Positions 1 to 6,407 of a stretch of DNA of 20,000 bases are shown in pieces. The notes beneath the pieces were generated by a model, which saw only the letters and a list, made by a program, of their open reading frames with translations, did not search any database and was not told the origin of the DNA. The DNA is from an uncultured virus (IMG/VR IMGVR_UViG_3300037189_019086). Its lineage: Duplodnaviria; Heunggongvirae; Uroviricota; Caudoviricetes. Every line of letters starts with the position of its first letter. Within the stretch, counting starts at the first letter, position 1. The stretch lies in IMG/VR virus record IMGVR_UViG_3300037189_019086. The stretch is one strand, 5' to 3'. Made by a program: the position numbers and the translations under genes.

Positions 1-20
1 TCTTGCGGGCCGTCTTTTTT
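1..20 (+). terminator. Probable 3' half of an intrinsic terminator from the upstream gene (truncated)
   Basis: GC-rich arm gcgggccgtc followed by T6 (15-20). The 5' arm would lie outside the window. Confidence 0.35.
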
Positions 21-41
21 CGATTAGACTTCGATCTATTC

Positions 42-141
42 CGGTTTCAGGTCGGGTTCACGAGAGCAACCCACACGCATCGTTGGTCGTGACGAGACAC
101 GGCAAGGCGGCCGAGTGGCCACAAGTCTTGTTCCTGATCCG
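42..141 (+). promoter_or_regulatory. Structured 5' leader of the major capsid gene
   Basis: Outer stem tcagg(47-51)/cctga(133-137) plus cgg(42-44)/ccg(139-141). It encloses hairpins 54-72 and 83-105, both with loop ACGAGA, and ggcc-gagt-ggcc (109-120). It ends 2 nt before the SD. Confidence 0.5.
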
Positions 142-143
142 TG

Positions 144-151
144 AAGGAGGT
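144..151 (+). promoter_or_regulatory. Strong Shine-Dalgarno site of the capsid gene
   Basis: AAGGAGGT, 5 nt upstream of ATG 157. Confidence 0.9.
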
Positions 152-156
152 GCCAC

Positions 157-1284
157 ATGGCACTCACCAACTTTGCCCTGCTCACCAACGAGCAGAAGAC
201 CGTCTGGTCGATGGACCTGTGGCGCCAAGCGCGCAACATGAGCTTCGTCAACAAGTTCCTGGGCAAGGGCCCGAACTCGCTGATCCAGCACATCACCGAG
301 CTGAAGAAGTCCGAGAAGGGCGCCCGCGCCGTCATCACGCTGCTGGCCGACCTGACCGGCGACGGCGTGGCCGGTGACCGCACCCTGGAGGGCAACGAAG
401 AGGCGATGCAGACCTTCGATCAGGTCATCCGCATCGACCAGCTCCGTCACGCCAACCGCCACGAAGGCAAGATGGCCGACCAGCGCTCGGTGGTCGAGTT
501 CCGCAACAACAGCCGCGACGTGCTGGCCTACTGGCTGGCCGACCGCATCGACCAGATGGCGTTCAGCGCCCTGGGCGGCCGCAGCTTCGGCACCCGCCCG
601 GACGGCTCGACCCGCACCGGCTCGGACCTGCCGTTCCTGGACTTCGCCAACGACGTGACCGTGCCGTCGCCCAAGCGCATGCTGCGCTGGGACAACACCG
701 CCAAGGCGCTGCGGGACAGCGTGTCGGGCAGCAACACCTCGGGCTCGGTGGTCGCCACCGACACCCCGTCGTGGGAACTGTTCGTGCAGCTCAAGGCGTA
801 CGCCAAGGACCGCTACATCCGCGGCGTGAACGCCGAGGGCGGCGAGGAGACCTACCACGCCTTCCTGACCCCGCAGGCGATGGCCAAGCTGAAGCTGGAC
901 CCGACGTACTTGCAGAACCTGCGGCACTCGACCCAGGCCAGCAAGAACGACACGCTGTTCACCGGCAGCACGGTCAAGATCGACGGCATCTACCTGCACG
1001 AGTTCCGGCACGTGCCGAACGTGTCGAGGGCCGTCAGCGGCGTGGGCAAGTACGGCTCGGGCCTGAACATCGAGGGCTCGCAGGTGCTGTTTTGCGGCGC
1101 GCAGGCGCTGGGCATGGCCGACATCGGCGCCCCCGAGTGGAACGAGAAGGGCTTCGACTACGAGAACAGCCAAGGCATCGCCATCGGCAAGATCCTCGGC
1201 TTCCTGAAGCCCAAGTTCGGCACGATCTACGAGAACAACACCGTCGAAGACTTCGGCGTGCTGTCCGCGTTCGTCGCGCAGTAA
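157..1284 (+). CDS. Major capsid protein, N4-gp56 / DUF4043 family (375 aa)
   Basis: Motifs recalled for this family: WSxxLW near the N-terminus, ELKKSEKGARAVITLLADLxGDGVxGDxTLEGNEE, IRIDQLRHA, FCGAQALGMAD and GxxKPKF near the C-terminus. Strong SD and strong codon bias. Confidence 0.9.
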   Translation: MALTNFALLTNEQKTVWSMDLWRQARNMSFVNKFLGKGPNSLIQHITELKKSEKGARAVITLLADLTGDGVAGDRTLEGNEEAMQTFDQVIRIDQLRHANRHEGKMADQRSVVEFRNNSRDVLAYWLADRIDQMAFSALGGRSFGTRPDGSTRTGSDLPFLDFANDVTVPSPKRMLRWDNTAKALRDSVSGSNTSGSVVATDTPSWELFVQLKAYAKDRYIRGVNAEGGEETYHAFLTPQAMAKLKLDPTYLQNLRHSTQASKNDTLFTGSTVKIDGIYLHEFRHVPNVSRAVSGVGKYGSGLNIEGSQVLFCGAQALGMADIGAPEWNEKGFDYENSQGIAIGKILGFLKPKFGTIYENNTVEDFGVLSAFVAQ

Positions 1285-1314
1285 TCGGCCGACAACCGCG
1301 AAAGGAAACGCACC

Positions 1315-1812
1315 ATGCCCCGCATCATCGCTTCGCGCACCGCGCAGTACCCGCTGACCCAGGACTTCATCTTCCAGCACAACAACTGGGTGGTGGACTC
1401 CGTTGACGGCGCCAAGAAGACCCTCGGCTCGACGGTGGCGCTGTCCACCGACCCGCTGGAGCCCGGTCTGACCGGCCCGGTGGCCAACACCATCACGTTC
1501 GACTGCGCACCGATGCCGCCCGGCGCGGTGATCACGGGCGGCGAGGTGATCGTCGAGACGGCCTACGCCGGTTCGACCGCCGCCACGCTGAGCCTGGGCA
1601 TCGCGGGCACGCTGACCGCCCTGCTCAACGCGGTAGACATCAGGAGCGCGGCCCGTACCGCGCTGACCCTGACCAGCCCGCTGCTGTGCAACGCCGGCCA
1701 GAACGTGCGCGCCACCATCGCCTACACCGTGGCCAACGCCACGGCCGGCCGCGTCCGGGTGTCGATCACCTACAAGGTCGACGGCCGGGCGCACGAAGTC
1801 CAGGTCGCCTAA
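1315..1812 (+). CDS. Capsid cement/decoration protein, likely jelly-roll (Bbp16-like) (165 aa)
   Basis: Directly follows the capsid gene, with SD aaagga. The pattern MPPGAVITGGEVIVETAY..LSLG..ATAGRVRVSITY is typical of beta-sandwich cement proteins. Confidence 0.65.
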   Translation: MPRIIASRTAQYPLTQDFIFQHNNWVVDSVDGAKKTLGSTVALSTDPLEPGLTGPVANTITFDCAPMPPGAVITGGEVIVETAYAGSTAATLSLGIAGTLTALLNAVDIRSAARTALTLTSPLLCNAGQNVRATIAYTVANATAGRVRVSITYKVDGRAHEVQVA

Positions 1813-1828
1813 GCAGGCGAGCTGAACA

Positions 1829-1850
1829 AGACGGGGCTTCGGCCCCGTCT
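1829..1850 (+). terminator. Hairpin after the capsid and cement genes (weak terminator or mRNA-stabilising stem)
   Basis: Perfect 9-bp stem agacggggc/gccccgtct with a C(UUCG)G tetraloop. Only a weak pyrimidine tail follows. Confidence 0.65.
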
Positions 1851-1879
1851 CTCCATCTACCCACACCAAGGACACCCAC

Positions 1880-2284
1880 ATGCAGCCCGTCGCCGCCCAA
1901 CCGATGAAGTTCGTCATGCACCGCAAGCGCACCGTCGCCTCGACGTGCGGCCTGTCGGTCGAGTTCGAGAAGGGCGTGCCGACGCTGGTGCCCCCGGCCA
2001 TGTTCGCCGAGGTGATCGCTGTGGGCGGGGTGCCCGAGAACGAAATCCCCGACGACGAGCTGCCGCTGGGCAAGCCCACGCCGGCCCAGCTCGCCGAACG
2101 GGAGCAGCAGATGTTCGCCGCCTTCGACGCCATCGTGAAGCGCGCCTCCCGCGAGGACTTCACGGCCGGCGGCGTGCCGCACAACACCGTGCTGTCGCGT
2201 GAGCTGGGCTGGTCGGTCCAGGCCAAGGAGCGCGACGCTGCCTGGGTCAAGTACACCGCCGGCGCCGCGGCCCGGGGCGACTGA
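1880..2284 (+). CDS. Hypothetical phage protein (134 aa)
   Basis: SD aagga and typical codon usage. Its stop overlaps the next start (TGATG). The true start could be the Met at 1904. Confidence 0.75.
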   Translation: MQPVAAQPMKFVMHRKRTVASTCGLSVEFEKGVPTLVPPAMFAEVIAVGGVPENEIPDDELPLGKPTPAQLAEREQQMFAAFDAIVKRASREDFTAGGVPHNTVLSRELGWSVQAKERDAAWVKYTAGAAARGD

Positions 2285-2937
2285 TGACCCCGAGCGAACT
2301 GCTCGCCGTCTTTCGGGACGAGATGTCCGACACGAAGGTGCCGTACCTCTGGTCGGACGACTCCGTGATCGGCTTCCTCGACGACGCGCAGAAGCAGTTC
2401 ACCCGCCTCACCGACGGCATCCCGGACTCGACGACCACGGCGGTCGTCGATCTGATCATCGCCCCCACCTACACCGACGTTCTGTCGCTGCACCCCTCGA
2501 TCCTGAAGATCAGGTCCGCGTACAGGGTCGGTGAGGGCACCTCGGTCGAGGTCGTGAACCTCGAAGACATGGAGCCGCGGGGCATGCGCTTCGACGGTCG
2601 TGTCGGCCGCGTGCGCGCCATCGTCACCGGGATGGACCCCGACAAGGTGCGCCTGTGGCCGTTCCCGAACCAGAACGACACGGTGCGCCTGTCGGTGTTC
2701 CGCAGGCCGCTGACCACGATCACCGACAACGAGGCGCTGGAGATTCCGTCGGATCACCACCTCGGGCTGCTGAAGTGGATGAAGCACAGGGCCTACAGCG
2801 TCCATGACGCCGAGACCTACGACAAGACCAAGGCCGAGGACTTCGAGCAGGAGTTCTACGCCTACTGCACCCGCGCCAAGGTCGAGCAGGCCCGTGCGCG
2901 ACACAAACCTCGCTCCGTCGCCTACGGCGGACTCTGA
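2284..2937 (+). CDS. Putative head-tail adaptor/connector protein (217 aa)
   Basis: Helical N-terminus MTPSELLAVFRDEMSD..YLWSDD..FLDDAQ, a central beta region, and C-terminal EIPxxHHxxLLxWMxHRAY. This layout is typical of podovirus adaptors, and the position fits. Confidence 0.7.
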   Translation: MTPSELLAVFRDEMSDTKVPYLWSDDSVIGFLDDAQKQFTRLTDGIPDSTTTAVVDLIIAPTYTDVLSLHPSILKIRSAYRVGEGTSVEVVNLEDMEPRGMRFDGRVGRVRAIVTGMDPDKVRLWPFPNQNDTVRLSVFRRPLTTITDNEALEIPSDHHLGLLKWMKHRAYSVHDAETYDKTKAEDFEQEFYAYCTRAKVEQARARHKPRSVAYGGL

Positions 2938-2949
2938 TCGGAGCCGCAC

Positions 2950-4782
2950 GTGGCTGACAACACCACGACCAACGCCGGGACCGGCGGCGACACCATCGCC
3001 ACCGACGAGCTGACCACCATCAACGGCGCCGCCTCCAGCGGCGTCAAGGTGCAGCGCGTCAAGATCGGGTTTGGCGTTGACGGCGACTTCAAAGACGTCA
3101 GCAACGCCGACCGGCTCCCGGTCACGGGCACGTTCTGGCAGGCCACGCAGCCGGTGAGCTTCACCTGGGTGGGGCTGACCGACGCGCAGCTCCGTGCGAC
3201 CCCCGTCGCCGTCAGCGGCACGTTCTGGCAGGCCACGCAGCCGGTCAGCGGCACGTTCTGGCAGGCCACGCAGCCGGTCAGCATCGCCTCGTGGGGCGGC
3301 CTCACCGACGCACAGCTCCGCGCATCGGCGGTGCCCGTGTCGGGCACCTTCTGGCAGGCCACGCAGCCGGTCAGCTTCACCTGGGCCGGCCTCACCGACG
3401 CGCAGCTCCGCGCCACCGCCGTGCCGGTCAGCGGCCCGCTGACCGACGCACAACTGCGCGCTGCCAACGTCAACACCAAGGTGGCGGCGTACAACTACCC
3501 GATCAGCACCGGCAACAGCAGCACGACGCAGCTTGCCGCCGGCGCGTCGTTCACTGGCGCAATCGAGACGGCGCAGGACCAGCCCAGCCTGTCGATCCTG
3601 CTGACCAGCGACCAGCCGACGACCGTGCGCGTCCGGCAGTTCATCGACGCGGGCGGCACGTTCGCAGCGCCGGACATCTTCTTCTACGTTGATGCAGGGG
3701 TGGGCTTCGCCCGTTCGCTGACGATCAACGGCAACTACGTGCAGGTCATCGCGCAGAACACGGGCGCATCGACCACCACGACGTTCAACCTCAACTGCGC
3801 GTATGGGTCTCTGGGTGACGCGGACTCCGCCGGCACGCAACCTGTGACCGAGCTGCCGCTGGTGCTGACCGGCGCCGCCGCGCAGACGGCCACGGTCAAC
3901 AACATCCTGACCCCCGCGGCCGGCACGGCAGGCTTGAGCGTGGCCGGCTACCGCAGCGCCTCGGTGCAGGTCGTGTCCACCGGCACGGGGGGCACGTTCA
4001 TCTTCGAGCAGAGCAACACGGGCGGGGCGGCAGCCAACGAATGGCGCCCGCTGCCGGTGTTCAACGCCGAGCTGGTGAATGGCACCCCGATCACGGCGGC
4101 GATCACCGCTACGGCCTCGCAGATCATCTACACCTTCGCAGTCCGCGCCGTGTTCTTGCGCCTGCGGATCGCAACGACCATCACGGGCGGCAGCATCCGG
4201 GCTTTCTCGCGGATCTCAACCGAGCCGTGGACGGCTGCGGCGCAACTCGTTGCAAGCAACACGGCCGGGAACATGCAGGTCACTGCGGACACCGAGTTCG
4301 CTGCCGCTGCCGCACTGGCTGACGCCGCAGCGAACCCGACCACGGCAAGTGGCGGAGCCCTTCAAAGCGGGTTCAACGGCACCACCTGGGACCGCGCCCG
4401 CAACAACCACAACGTTGCGGTCGAGGCGAGCAGTGCCAAGGTCGCCAGCGGCAACGGCTCGACGCAGACCAACTTCAACGCCAGCGGGCTGTTTGTGTGG
4501 GTCAACGTCACCGCAGTGTCCGGCACCACGCCGACCTTGACGGTGCGCGTGCAGTGGTCGCCCGACGGCGGCACCACTTGGCTGGATCTGGACACCACGA
4601 ACGCGCAGACGGCCAGCATCACTGGCGTGACCGCCGCGGTGCTGCGCATCTACCCGGGCATCGCCACTGCCGCCAACGCAGCGCTAAACGCGCCCCTGCC
4701 GCGCACGTGGCGCTTGGCTTGGACCGTCGGCGGCACGACGCCCAGCTTCACGTTCGCGGCCCAGGCCAGCTACATCCTGTAA
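2950..4782 (+). CDS. Repeat-containing virion fibre/decoration protein with several beta-sandwich domains (610 aa)
   Basis: GTG start with SD ggag. Rich in Thr/Ala/Gly, with GTFWQATQP and LTDAQLRA repeats followed by three beta-rich blocks. Confidence 0.7.
   Translation: MADNTTTNAGTGGDTIATDELTTINGAASSGVKVQRVKIGFGVDGDFKDVSNADRLPVTGTFWQATQPVSFTWVGLTDAQLRATPVAVSGTFWQATQPVSGTFWQATQPVSIASWGGLTDAQLRASAVPVSGTFWQATQPVSFTWAGLTDAQLRATAVPVSGPLTDAQLRAANVNTKVAAYNYPISTGNSSTTQLAAGASFTGAIETAQDQPSLSILLTSDQPTTVRVRQFIDAGGTFAAPDIFFYVDAGVGFARSLTINGNYVQVIAQNTGASTTTTFNLNCAYGSLGDADSAGTQPVTELPLVLTGAAAQTATVNNILTPAAGTAGLSVAGYRSASVQVVSTGTGGTFIFEQSNTGGAAANEWRPLPVFNAELVNGTPITAAITATASQIIYTFAVRAVFLRLRIATTITGGSIRAFSRISTEPWTAAAQLVASNTAGNMQVTADTEFAAAAALADAAANPTTASGGALQSGFNGTTWDRARNNHNVAVEASSAKVASGNGSTQTNFNASGLFVWVNVTAVSGTTPTLTVRVQWSPDGGTTWLDLDTTNAQTASITGVTAAVLRIYPGIATAANAALNAPLPRTWRLAWTVGGTTPSFTFAAQASYIL
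3118..3462 (+). repeat. Intragenic mosaic repeat array: 4x VxGTFWQATQP and 4x LTDAQLRA
   Basis: Visible in both protein and DNA. Includes a perfect 33-bp tandem duplication at 3211-3243 / 3244-3276. Confidence 0.95.
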
Positions 4783-4791
4783 GGCTGCGCG

Positions 4792-4968
4792 ATGCTGCTC
4801 CTACTCAACCTGCGCGCCCCCGAGGTCTCGGGCCCAGCCCAGCCTACCGTCTCACGTGCGCTGTTCGTGGCGCCCGAGACCGCGACGGTGCGCGTGCGGG
4901 CCGAGGACACGCGCATGTTCGTGCCGCCCGACGTCACCCGCATGACGGTCAGCTCGGAGGGTCGGTGA
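4792..4968 (+). CDS. Small protein, 58 aa (absent from the ORF track): MLLLLNLRAPEVSGPAQPTVSRALFVAPETATVRVRAEDTRMFVPPDVTRMTVSSEGR
   Basis: Translated by hand. It fills the gap between 4782 and 4970, with TAAGG 7 nt upstream. Its stop is 1 nt before the next ATG. Confidence 0.7.
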   Translation: MLLLLNLRAPEVSGPAQPTVSRALFVAPETATVRVRAEDTRMFVPPDVTRMTVSSEGR

Positions 4969-4969
4969 C

Positions 4970-5254
4970 ATGGCGATCCTCGGGCGATTCACCAAGCAGC
5001 CTGCCGAAGTCATCGACTACCCGGTCGACTTCACCGGCTGGTTCGCCGGCCGCTCGGGCGTGTCGATTGCGTCGTACACGGTCACGGCCGAAGCGGGCAT
5101 CACGGTCTCTTCCCACCGCAGGGACGGCTTCGTGGTCACTGCGGTGATGGCCGGCGGCACAGCCGGCGCGACCTACAAGGTCACCGTACGGGTCACCACA
5201 AGCTCGAATCTGGTCAAGGAAGCCGAGTTCACCATCAAGGTCAAAGAGACCTGA
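4970..5254 (+). CDS. Putative fibre-attachment adaptor protein, Ig-like (94 aa)
   Basis: SD ggagg. FTKQPAEVIDYPVDFTGW...GGTAGATYKVTVRVTT matches the recalled small phage family K(D/Q)PxxxxDYxxDW...GGxxGxxY. Confidence 0.65.
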   Translation: MAILGRFTKQPAEVIDYPVDFTGWFAGRSGVSIASYTVTAEAGITVSSHRRDGFVVTAVMAGGTAGATYKVTVRVTTSSNLVKEAEFTIKVKET

Positions 5255-5273
5255 GCCACAGAGGGCAAACGCC

Positions 5274-5984
5274 ATGGAATACCCCGACTTCCTCGTCTGG
5301 TGCTTGAACGCAGGGATGACCCGTGCGCAAGCCGCCAACCTGTACGCATCCACCTTCAGCGGGCCGAGCACTTTCACCTGGGCGAACAAGCCGCCGGCCA
5401 GCGCTGTGCCAACGGGCACCGAAATCCTGGTCAGCGACGTCGGCAACGTCGGCGCGACCAGGTGGCTCAGCGACGGCGCGCTCTGGCGCCTCGCGGGCCA
5501 GCAAGACCTCGTGGTCGACTTCACGGCGTCGCCGCCCAGCGCCACCAACACGAGCGAGCAGGTGCTGAAGACGCTACCCGCCCTCCCTGCGGGCGTGTTG
5601 ATGTCGCTGCGGTACTTCTCGTTGAAGGTACTGACCTCGAAGTCAGGCACCGCAGAGACGTTGTCGGCGCGTTTCCGCATCGGCCTGACCGGCCTGACCG
5701 GGGACGCCTCGATGGGCACCAATACGGCACTGACCGGCACCAGCCGCAACGGCACGTGCGAGTGGATGTTCTTCGCTTCGAGCACCACCCAACTTCGCGG
5801 TGTCGGCCGCGACCCCGGCTTCGGCGCCCCCGGCTTCAACTCGGGCACGGCAACGTCGGTCTACCCGACGAACAACTCCGTCTCCGACATGAGTACAAAC
5901 GCGCTGATCATGAGCATCACCGTGCAGATGAGCGCCGGGGTCGAAACGGGCACGGTGGCGCACGCAATCCTGACTGGTTTCTGA
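5274..5984 (+). CDS. Short spike/fibre protein (236 aa)
   Basis: SD gaggg. FTWANKPPAS..GTEILVSDVG..WLSDGALWR resembles the trimeric Mtd-N-like module of fibres. The C-terminus is beta-rich. The N-terminus is shared with the 6404 protein. Confidence 0.6.
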   Translation: MEYPDFLVWCLNAGMTRAQAANLYASTFSGPSTFTWANKPPASAVPTGTEILVSDVGNVGATRWLSDGALWRLAGQQDLVVDFTASPPSATNTSEQVLKTLPALPAGVLMSLRYFSLKVLTSKSGTAETLSARFRIGLTGLTGDASMGTNTALTGTSRNGTCEWMFFASSTTQLRGVGRDPGFGAPGFNSGTATSVYPTNNSVSDMSTNALIMSITVQMSAGVETGTVAHAILTGF

Positions 5985-5990
5985 CCCGCC

Positions 5991-6407
5991 ATGAAGAAGT
6001 TGATCGCCGCAATCATCGCGCTGCTGGCCGGCGCCGCCATCGCCGAGCCCAAGAACCCGCTGGATCAGCCGATCCGCAACTGGCTGTTCATCCTGGTCAT
6101 GGCGCTGCTGGGCGGCGCCGTGAGCTGGTACTTGAAAGTCAAGCGGGGCGAGCTGGCCGCTACGAACATCTTCGCCCTGGTGGGCGAGTTCATGGTGTCC
6201 GCGTTGGCCGGCCTGCTGGCGTTCCTGATCTGCGACTACCTGGAGATGCCGCTGGGCATCACGGGGGCGGCGGCGGGACTGGCCGGCCACGCCGGCGCCA
6301 AGGCCCTCACCATCGGCGAGGTGTGGCTCCAGCGCTTCGCCGAGCAGAAGATGGGCGTGCCGCCGACCCGACCTGCCCCGCTCGACGACAAGAAGGACGG
6401 CCAGTGA
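5991..6407 (+). CDS. Holin, LydA-like (138 aa), with an extra hydrophobic N-terminus
   Basis: Hydrophobic segments with LLGGAVSW, GEFMVSALAGLLAFLIC and AAAGLAGHAGAKAL (LydA-type pattern), and a charged C-terminus. Confidence 0.8.
   Translation: MKKLIAAIIALLAGAAIAEPKNPLDQPIRNWLFILVMALLGGAVSWYLKVKRGELAATNIFALVGEFMVSALAGLLAFLICDYLEMPLGITGAAAGLAGHAGAKALTIGEVWLQRFAEQKMGVPPTRPAPLDDKKDGQ

Noticed and set aside
54..105. Guanidine-II (mini-ykkC) riboswitch, suggested by twin ACGA-containing loops
   Set aside because: That class needs ACGR tetraloops closed by a G-C pair. The second hairpin cannot form this, and a capsid gene is not the expected context.
1282..1317. Capsid-cement fusion by readthrough (same frame, 10 open codons between)
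   Set aside because: TAA is an efficient stop, the downstream gene has its own SD, and sharing a frame has a 1-in-3 chance.
3118..3462. CRISPR-like array of ~33-bp repeats
   Set aside because: The repeats are in frame, vary at synonymous positions, are partly directly adjacent without unique spacers, and no cas genes are present.
58..3840. 1260-aa minus-strand ORF, and similar long antisense ORFs at 6236-9697, 15945-17051 and 17277-19325
   Set aside because: Shadow frames of GC-rich, strongly codon-biased plus-strand genes, several of which share one frame. The translations are Arg/Gly/Val-rich and lack recognisable motifs.
5255..5273. Resemblance of cacagagggcaaac to the start of a c-di-GMP-I riboswitch
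   Set aside because: Only a 19-nt gap that serves as the SD region. The rest of the aptamer is absent.
5300..6403. Upstream extension of the 1072-aa ORF, or a frameshift fusion across the holin
   Set aside because: The extension overlaps two good genes and translates as Arg-rich noise. The GTG at 6404 has an SD, a stop overlap and a paralogous N-terminus. No slippery site was noticed.
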